Shown here: positions 7,464 through 13,835 of the stretch, in pieces
How the letters are laid out: every line of letters begins with the position of its first letter
How positions within the stretch are numbered: position 1 is the stretch's first letter
Assembly: GCA_046482545.1 (NCBI GenBank)
Contig: JAWOEX010000025.1
Location: forward strand, 1-13,835
Length of the DNA: 13,835 bases
Direction of reading: 5' to 3'
Origin: Candidatus Thorarchaeota archaeon
GTDB taxonomy: Archaea > Asgardarchaeota > Thorarchaeia > Thorarchaeales > Thorarchaeaceae
Notes under the pieces: model-generated
Database searches by the model: none
The model's input: the letters and a program-made list of their open reading frames with translations, nothing else
Told to the model about the DNA's origin: nothing
Translations under genes and position numbers: made by a program

Positions 7464-9049
7464 CGATTTTTGATGTAGTTCCATCTTGCTAGAACAACAA
7501 CTAGGGCCACAGCACTAATCACAAGTATGACCGTCGATAGATATATCCAGTTGGGGCTAGGAGTTACGTCAGTTGTGCTAGCTCCAAGAACAAACGGGTG
7601 ATGATCAATGCTGCCCCTGCTTCCGTGTGGTCCTCGTACTGAATAGGTCCCAGAACCATCATAGTCTCCCCAGTAATTTCCGTGCGTGCCATTATCCCAT
7701 CTGTTCGAATCACCACTATCATAGGCGTTTGCTTCGTCATTGTCCCCAATTCGATTGAGATAGAGCAGATTGTTCGAAGTATCTGAATTCAGAAATATGC
7801 CATAGTGTGAGTTATTTGTAACAAGATTGTTGACAAGCATACAATGACTTGAGCGAATCTGGAAACCATCCCAGTTGGTGGTTGCAGCATTGTTGCTTAG
7901 CGTGGAATTGTTAGAATAGACCACATAGAAACCCCAAAGGTTAGAGGATGCGAAGTTATTTTTCAGGCTAGAACAGAATGACCCATATATGTAGAATCCA
8001 GGATAGTCGTTGCCAATAGCAGTATTGTTAGTCAGCAAGCAAAAACTAGAATCAACAATCTCGAACCCATTGGTTGAGTAGCTAGCGGTGTTGTGCTTAA
8101 GTGTGCAGTTGGGAGAATTCAGAACGTGGAATCCGTACCAAGAGCTACCGGACGCCGTGTTATTTTCCAGCGTACAATTTGTAGAATACACAACCTGTAT
8201 GCCTATGCCTACATCGACAAAGACTCCGTCCATAATTGTCACATGAGAAGAATTAACAAGAAGCACCTGACCGTACTGGCTACAGTCAATATAGGAACCT
8301 ATCACATTCTTGAAGTAACCGAGTGGCTTTCCATTAATTGTGTTATCGGAAAAATCGTGGAGCCAATGAGAAACACCCGATCCAGAAATGAAAAGCCCCC
8401 CAGCCATGAAATTGTTGTCCTTCACCGTGCAGTTGGCTGAATTGATAAGGGTCAAAGCATCATCGAAACCACCGGTTGCGGTGTTGCTTGTTATTGAGCA
8501 GTTCGATGACTCATGTAGGCTGAAGCCATTGGCTGAGTTACCGGTTGCGAGGCTATTGGTTATCGTGCAGCTGGATGAGTTACTTACGGAGAACCCAATA
8601 GCGGTGTTGTTCCTAATTAGGCAATGCGATGAGTGCCGAAGTCTAATTCCCCCGCTGTGCGAATCGACAGAAGAACTCGTGATAGAACCATATGTCACAT
8701 TCTCAAAATAGATTCCAGGCTTCCACGTAGAATCATCAGACGATATTTTGCAGTTCCTGATTTCGAAATAAACCGTGGTGTCGGTAATATTGATGCATGT
8801 TGAGTTATTGGTGATACTCAAACCGTCGATAATGTACGGATTATCAACACTCCCGTTGCCAGGCCATCCATCTGATGGGAAATCGGCATTGCTGGTGATG
8901 AGAATAGGATCATGTTTAGTGTAGGATGGCAAGGCGCTCTTACCATCTGCAGCATCTGTTGAATCTGCGACTGTATTTGCATGATCTGTGGCCAAAGCAA
9001 CAAGCAGGAGAACTCCAAAAATACACAAAAATGCGAATCTTGTTCTCAA
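7460..9049 (-). CDS. Membrane-anchored right-handed parallel beta-helix (NosD/PbH1-like) surface protein
   Basis: Hydrophobic signal-like N-terminus, a HDPILITSNADF...GWPGNGSVDNPYII motif, many S-x-NCTL-x-NNTA repeats, a GNYWGDY...IDHHPF cap, and a C-terminal TM with basic tail. Likely start is TTG at 9049, 6 nt after GGAGG (9056-9060). The ORF track extends it to 9091. Confidence 0.9.
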   Translation of the reverse strand: MRTRFAFLCIFGVLLLVALATDHANTVADSTDAADGKSALPSYTKHDPILITSNADFPSDGWPGNGSVDNPYIIDGLSITNNSTCINITDTTVYFEIRNCKISSDDSTWKPGIYFENVTYGSITSSSVDSHSGGIRLRHSSHCLIRNNTAIGFSVSNSSSCTITNSLATGNSANGFSLHESSNCSITSNTATGGFDDALTLINSANCTVKDNNFMAGGLFISGSGVSHWLHDFSDNTINGKPLGYFKNVIGSYIDCSQYGQVLLVNSSHVTIMDGVFVDVGIGIQVVYSTNCTLENNTASGSSWYGFHVLNSPNCTLKHNTASYSTNGFEIVDSSFCLLTNNTAIGNDYPGFYIYGSFCSSLKNNFASSNLWGFYVVYSNNSTLSNNAATTNWDGFQIRSSHCMLVNNLVTNNSHYGIFLNSDTSNNLLYLNRIGDNDEANAYDSGDSNRWDNGTHGNYWGDYDGSGTYSVRGPHGSRGSIDHHPFVLGASTTDVTPSPNWIYLSTVILVISAVALVVVLARWNYIKNR

Positions 9050-9138
9050 CTGAACCCTCCCATGTATGAAGCATTGCCTGTAATATAGCAACTTGAAAAA
9101 TAAGGATTGTGAGTGGTGGGCTGATGTTAACTTACCGA

Positions 9139-9624
9139 TTAGGATTCATCGTATTCCAGAAGGCGCGACCACTTCGTCTTGTAGGGCCACTTTGGCGTGA
9201 AGTCTCGTGGTTGGAGATTCAACCCTTCAACCTCAGATATCTTTCGGCGCAGTGTGTAGGACTTCGCACCCTCCCAGCGGAAGTAGTCATCGAGATCAGC
9301 CGAGAACTCGCCTTGGTACCGCATGCACTTGCCGATACAGAACACCTTTTCCCCCTGAATCTCAAGTTCCCCGCCGCACCACTTGCATCGGGCCTCAAAC
9401 CCGTGCGAATAAATCGTTCCGTCTCGCAGTTCAACAAACAGCACTGTATCATGGAACCGACACACTCCCCACTCGCGGTCTGGAGCGAGTTTCTTGAGCC
9501 AGATGGTTCCGCGGGGCAACCAGCGGCCCACTTCCTCGGAGAAGATGGACGCGTCCTCCTTGAGCTCGCCATCTTCGTCAAAATCACTCAGTTGAGTTTG
9601 CAGTATGTGACCTCGGTTCTTCAT
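9139..9624 (-). CDS. Hypothetical protein with Zn-ribbon (CKWC...CIGKC)
   Basis: 161-aa ATG ORF directly downstream of pfkA on the same strand. Largely synonymous divergence from its remnant copy at 7372-7463 supports this frame as the coding one. Confidence 0.8.
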   Translation of the reverse strand: MKNRGHILQTQLSDFDEDGELKEDASIFSEEVGRWLPRGTIWLKKLAPDREWGVCRFHDTVLFVELRDGTIYSHGFEARCKWCGGELEIQGEKVFCIGKCMRYQGEFSADLDDYFRWEGAKSYTLRRKISEVEGLNLQPRDFTPKWPYKTKWSRLLEYDES

Positions 9625-9720
9625 CGTCTGCCGCAGCTATATCTGCACACAGATAGATAAACTACCACCAATCCTCTTCGGACTCGGGAGCTCGTTCTAC
9701 ATGCAATCCGACGTGGCGGA

Positions 9721-10686
9721 TTAACTGGCAAGCTCGCTCATGTGTTCAAGCATCCACTCAGGAATCCCCTTCTTGTTCGACCACGTCTCCTCGAAGGGCG
9801 TCTCGACGATTTCGCCATCGATTTCGCCAAGCATCACGCCGCTTCGCTTCTCGAGCACGCATTTCACTGCGTGTGCGCCTAACCTGCTTGAGAGCAAACG
9901 ATCCTTTCTTGTGGGGTTCCCACCGCGTTGGATATACCCCAACACAGAAACCCTGCACTTCTCGTCAATTAGCTTCGAGAGTTTCCGTCCGACTTCAGTT
10001 GCGTCTCCCGCCTCGTCACCTTCCGCAACCACGACTATCGCGCTTGTTTTCCCTTGCTTGCGTCCCCGGATAATTTTGTCTGCGATTTGCTTCAAGTCAG
10101 TCTTGGTCTCCGGGATGGCCAGCGCGAGTGCTCCTGATGCAATCCCGACATGTGCCGCTATGTGCCCTGAATGACGCCCCATAACCTCGACAAGGAATAC
10201 TCTTGCGTAAGAATCCGCGGTGTCTCGAATCTTGTCTATAGCCTCAAGCGCATTGTTCACCGCAGTATCAAAGCCGATGCTGTAGTCGGTGCCGTACACA
10301 TCGTTGTCGATTGTCCCTGGGAGTCCGATTAATATCCCGTCCCAGTGTTCTCCAAGATAGGCTAGACCACGCATGGTGCCATCTCCACCGATTGCGATGA
10401 ACGCATCAATGCTCAGCTCACGCAATGTGTTTGCAGCCTCGGTAACACCCTCTTTCGTCTTGAACTCCTTGGAGCGGCCTGTGGTGAGCATAGTGCCACC
10501 TCGATGAATGATATGAGCAACACTTCTGGCATCAAGCTGCATGAAGTCCTTATCGATAAGACCCTGCAGGCCGCCCAGAAAGCCTACGACCTCAAGACCT
10601 CTTGCGCAGCCAACACGGACAACTGCACGGATAGCAGCGTTCATACCCGGTGCATCACCGCCGCTTGTGAGAATACCGACTCTCAT
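9721..10686 (-). CDS. pfkA: ATP-dependent 6-phosphofructokinase (PfkA family)
   Basis: True start is MRVGILTSGGDAPGMNAAIR at ATG 10686 (321 aa). It has the motifs GGTMLTTGRS, IGGDGT, LPGTIDND, VEVMGRHSG and LGYIQRGG. Gly in GGDG and PGTIDND indicates ATP rather than PPi specificity. Confidence 0.97.
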   Translation of the reverse strand: MRVGILTSGGDAPGMNAAIRAVVRVGCARGLEVVGFLGGLQGLIDKDFMQLDARSVAHIIHRGGTMLTTGRSKEFKTKEGVTEAANTLRELSIDAFIAIGGDGTMRGLAYLGEHWDGILIGLPGTIDNDVYGTDYSIGFDTAVNNALEAIDKIRDTADSYARVFLVEVMGRHSGHIAAHVGIASGALALAIPETKTDLKQIADKIIRGRKQGKTSAIVVVAEGDEAGDATEVGRKLSKLIDEKCRVSVLGYIQRGGNPTRKDRLLSSRLGAHAVKCVLEKRSGVMLGEIDGEIVETPFEETWSNKKGIPEWMLEHMSELAS

Positions 10687-10984
10687 AGTATCTTCATAAT
10701 AGCAGGGGGGCAAATAAAGGGCACGACCACATGGGTAGCATTGCAAGGACAGATGAAGCTCTGCACAAGCCACGCACTCAAAAAAATCTAGAATAATCAA
10801 ACTTGAATTCCGTCGTGAAACTATAGATAGTAGGTGTTGGGGGTGGACCCAACGAATAGACATCCCTAGAATGAAGAAGGCTAAATTATCTCCGCTGTCC
10901 CGGGAATCATTGATAAGGGTACAATGCATGAAATGCTAGCGTAGGAGACTCGTTCCTATCAGAATTCGTAAGAGATGAAAAAAA

Positions 10985-11110
10985 GTGCAAGACCTAGAAT
11001 TGCCTCTATTATTTGGTTCGATAATGTCAATCGTGATAGCTGCGGTTGTAATCATAATCATTATCCTCATATGCCGTTACATGCGCCAACCCGCACCCCC
11101 CTCAGAATAA
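10985..11110 (+). CDS. Putative small single-pass membrane protein (41 aa)
   Basis: A GTG-start ORF below the track cutoff: (V/M)QDLELPLLFGSIMSIVIAAVVIIIIILICRYMRQPAPPSE*. It has one strong hydrophobic helix followed by basic residues. Confidence 0.55.
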   Translation: MQDLELPLLFGSIMSIVIAAVVIIIIILICRYMRQPAPPSE

Positions 11111-11240
11111 GAAGCTCCTGGCCCGTAGTGCCTTTCAACGGCAGTACCTGAAATCAGAAGAGTCCGAAGGTGGGATTCCGCCCGAGGGGTTTATTTTGTA
11201 AGGACCAATCAGTCCGCAAGATGCTTTCGAGGGCGGTGAC

Positions 11241-11771
11241 ATGGAAGAAACTGTTATCAAATACGAAAAGGTAGACGGAACTACACATCAACTGATTTAC
11301 CCTCCGAATGTTAGAAACATCATACTTAGTTATAGACACATTCGTTACATAGATTTGTCAGCACTATCCTCTTGTACGCAGCTGGAGAGACTGAATCTTG
11401 ATCATAACAAGCTGGAAACAGTCGATATATCGTCACTCAAATCCTGCAAAAACCTGAAGGGTCTTAATCTCTGGTCCAACGAGCTGATGGAAATTGACCT
11501 AACGCCACTTGCTTCATGCAAAAAGCTGGAGTATCTAATCCTTAGAAAGAACTGGCTCGAGTCATTGGATCTAGGTCCGCTTGCTGCCTCTGGTCAGCTG
11601 AATACACTGCTTCTTTCACTAAACGTTCTTGAAAAAATAGATCTCGCACCGCTTGCATCCTGTACACAACTAGAGCATCTAAGGCTGTACAAAAACAACA
11701 TCAATGAACTAGATCTTACGCCATTGGCTTCTTGTACCAATCTCTCGGATTTGCACACCTCCTGCAAATAG
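11241..11771 (+). CDS. Leucine-rich repeat protein (about six 24-aa LRRs), probably C-terminally truncated
   Basis: Repeats of L-x-x-IDL-x-PL-x-SC-x-x-L-x-x-L-x-L-x-x-N, with a GGTGA SD-like motif before the ATG. A decayed extra repeat follows the stop. Confidence 0.92.
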   Translation: MEETVIKYEKVDGTTHQLIYPPNVRNIILSYRHIRYIDLSALSSCTQLERLNLDHNKLETVDISSLKSCKNLKGLNLWSNELMEIDLTPLASCKKLEYLILRKNWLESLDLGPLAASGQLNTLLLSLNVLEKIDLAPLASCTQLEHLRLYKNNINELDLTPLASCTNLSDLHTSCK

Positions 11772-11991
11772 CCCCAGATTAAGGATTGCCATTGCACTTC
11801 TTGCCTTAACGTTTCACACTTTCAGCAGAAAGTCAGCGAGTGATTATTGGATTCAAAAATGGATTATAGAGATTGCTATTTTTCCTATGTGGGCCAGTAG
11901 CATTTCTCAAGCCTTGGCTTGGACTCGGACATTGAAGCCACACAATAACCTCATATCCTTTTACGGGGAGGAAATGCGAGAGGAGAATAGC

Positions 11992-12877
11992 ATGTCAGAA
12001 AGACTCGGCCAGTTGGACATTGTGTTTGCAGTCGACAACACAGGGTCCATGGGGCCTTATCGACAACGCAAAGCAGAAGATACTGGAAATCATCCGAACG
12101 ATACAGAGAAAAGAGCTATGCCATCGGCTGCGAATAGGCCTCGTGAGCTATAGAGACCATCCCCCACAGGAAAACACCTACGTAATGAAGAAGTACGAGC
12201 TCACAAGCGACACGCAGAAGATAGAGAAAAATATCATGGCCATGAACGCAGATGGTGGCGGGGACGGCCCAGAGGCAGTAGCTGACGCGTTAGAGATAGC
12301 CAACCGGATGGAATTCCTACTCGACTCAGCTAAGATAGTCGTGTTGATTGGAGATGCACCGCCGCACGGCGTAGAACCAAACGACACCTGGTCAGACGGC
12401 TGCCCAGAAGGGATTGACTGGGAAAAAGAAGTGCAGAAAGCCTTCGACAAAGGGATTGTTGTCCACACGGTAGGCTGTTTCCCAGAAATTAGCAGCTACC
12501 AGAATGCAATCGAAACATTCGAGAAAATCGCTGAAGGGACAAAGGGCCGGTTTATTCCGCTCAAAGAAGCCGCATTGTTGGTCAAGGTCATTACTGGAAT
12601 AGCAGTTGAAGAGATCGACAAGCTCGCTATCCAGAAATCCATACTGGAAGACCTAGGGGTTTCCATGGAAGAGCTGGAGGAAGAAGATCTAACCGAGGAG
12701 AAAATTGCAGACCTGGTTGCTTCAGTCCGCTCAAAAGGGATGACAAGGCGGGCAATGCGAGCTGATGCCCCATCGGGATTAGCATACGAAGAAGAAGTAA
12801 AAGTAGAGTCTGAAGCAGTCGACGAAGAAGATGTTCGAGAGGCAGTCAGACAGCTCCGCAAGAAAGCAAAGAAGTAA
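11992..12877 (+). pseudogene. VWA-domain protein (MIDAS DNTGSM) split by a frameshift near 12059; real pseudogene or sequence error
   Basis: ATG 11992, preceded by GAGGAG, gives MSERLGQLDIVFAVDNTGSMGPY. It continues in the +1 frame as IDNAKQKI...RIGLVSYRDH...GGGDGPEAV...LIGDAPPHG, standard VWA motifs, followed by an acidic helical tail. Confidence 0.85.
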
Positions 12878-12971
12878 CACCATTTTGAGTGCAGCGAAGT
12901 TACCCATGTCTTCGCCTCTCTGGCTTACGGAGATTGCTAATAGCTCAGAAACAGACGAACATAACGACTAG

Positions 12972-13005
12972 AAAAAAGAGCAAGAGAGCCAATTGCATGG
13001 CTCTC
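12972..13005 (-). terminator. Stem-loop plus oligo-T terminator candidate for the 13024-13740 gene
   Basis: GAGAGCCA (12984-12991) / TGGCTCTC (12998-13005), followed on the - strand by TTGCTCTTTTTT. Confidence 0.55.
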
Positions 13006-13023
13006 GCTTGTGTTCTAAGTGAG

Positions 13024-13740
13024 TTACTTCTTCTTCATCCAGATGATGATGACAATTATCACGGCTACTCCTATTGCAGCCGCAATCAGGATGATAGTCA
13101 TGTCCATTCCATCTGGAGGGGGTGTCGTTGTTGTAGTCGTTTCAGAGGTTGTAGTTGTGGTCGTAGTAGTTGTCGTGGTCGTTGTTGTAACGGGTTCAGT
13201 GACCGTCAAGTATACCGTAGAAGTGGCCAGATTGTCCGATGTATCGGTAACTGCAAGAGTCAAATTCCAAACACCGACACTCAATCCTCCGGCATCGACT
13301 GAGATCTCTGAGCCATCCCAAGCACCGCTGTCTTCAATTGTACCGTTGATATAGAAAACATAGGAGTCTGGGAAGTCCTCGGTGAACGTCCAGTTGACTA
13401 AATGTTCTGCTGTTCCTTCTTCGTATTGCAGGTTATCGGGTGCATCAACGAAGGCAGGATAGGTGGTGTCCACAACTGTTACCATGACTGTATCTGATAC
13501 TGAATAACCCACGGTATCGTAGACAGTCAGTTCAAATGCGAGTAGCTCAAGGCTATCCTCTTCAAGATCATAGATGATCTGCCCGCCATCCCAGTCTCCA
13601 CTCTCTACTATGACTGAATCACGCTTAATCTCGTATGAATAAGGCCTGTCACTTGTTGGTGTCCACGTAATTGATTCGCCAGTGTCAAACGCCTCTATGC
13701 TCATATCACTTGGGCTGTCGATTGTGGGACGCATTATGAA
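13024..13740 (-). CDS. C-terminal part of an Ig-like-repeat cell-surface protein with Thr-rich linker and C-terminal TM anchor (5'-truncated)
   Basis: Two ~90-aa repeats (PTIDSPSD...ITW...PYSY...SGDWDG and PAFVDAPD...VNW...PDSY...SGAWDG), then a poly-Thr linker, TM helix and KKK tail. There is no signal peptide, and the 5' end runs into the terminal fold-back. Confidence 0.88.
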   Translation of the reverse strand, partial: FIMRPTIDSPSDMSIEAFDTGESITWTPTSDRPYSYEIKRDSVIVESGDWDGGQIIYDLEEDSLELLAFELTVYDTVGYSVSDTVMVTVVDTTYPAFVDAPDNLQYEEGTAEHLVNWTFTEDFPDSYVFYINGTIEDSGAWDGSEISVDAGGLSVGVWNLTLAVTDTSDNLATSTVYLTVTEPVTTTTTTTTTTTTTTSETTTTTTPPPDGMDMTIILIAAAIGVAVIIVIIIWMKKK

Positions 13741-13835
13741 TGCAATTTCATAATGCGTCCCACAATCGACAGCCCAAGTGATATGAGCATAGAGGCGTTT
13801 GACACTGGCGAATCAATTACGTGGACACCAACAAG
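13652..13835. repeat. Perfect 89-bp inverted repeat (fold-back) running to the window end
   Basis: 13747-13835 is the exact reverse complement of 13652-13740, with loop TGCAAT (13741-13746). Confidence 0.97.

Noticed and set aside
7372-9230. Diversity-generating retroelement TR/VR pair (7372-7463 vs the 3' end of the 9139-9624 gene)
   Set aside because: Mismatches are not confined to adenines of one copy (C/T, G/T and G/C changes, many synonymous), and there is no reverse transcriptase in the window.
9109-9660. 183-aa + strand ORF and other antisense ORFs (e.g. 5598-5978, 9740-10174, 12496-12861, 13019-13354)
   Set aside because: Shadow ORFs opposite better-supported genes.
10687-10929. 81-aa N-terminal extension of PfkA in the ORF track
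   Set aside because: PfkA homology starts at MRVGILTSGGD. The extension is likely read-through of intergenic sequence.
11118-11190. tRNA-like fragments (GGCCCGTAGT..., GTGGGATTCCGCCC)
   Set aside because: No cloverleaf, T-loop consensus or acceptor stem can be built.

Overview
This 13.8-kb window is probably from an archaeon. The mix of 24-aa LRR, beta-helix and Ig-like surface-protein families resembles Asgard archaea (Thorarchaeia-like), which is an inference. It opens inside a class 1-type CRISPR array (37-bp repeat ending ATTGAAAC, 14 spacers, degenerate trailer repeat at ~1050, no cas genes in the window). The genes that follow are a polytopic membrane sensor with a degenerate histidine-kinase-like tail, a decayed Ig-like surface-protein fragment, a PD-(D/E)XK-fold protein and an ArsB/NhaD-family transporter. 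Further on are a beta-helix (NosD-like) surface protein, a Zn-ribbon hypothetical protein, a bacterial-type ATP-dependent pfkA, a tiny single-TM ORF, an LRR protein, a frameshifted VWA protein and a 5'-truncated Ig-like surface protein. The window ends in an 89-bp fold-back that is probably an artefact. The most notable element is the ~0.8-kb gene-free interval ~6535-7310. By hand it folds on the + strand into many nested G-U-containing helices, with a GNRA tetraloop and several loop-loop/pseudoknot complementarities. It is a candidate large structured non-coding RNA that I cannot assign to a known family. Next to it is a diverged duplicate of the 3' end of the 9139-9624 gene, which together with that gene brackets the beta-helix gene like an insertion scar.
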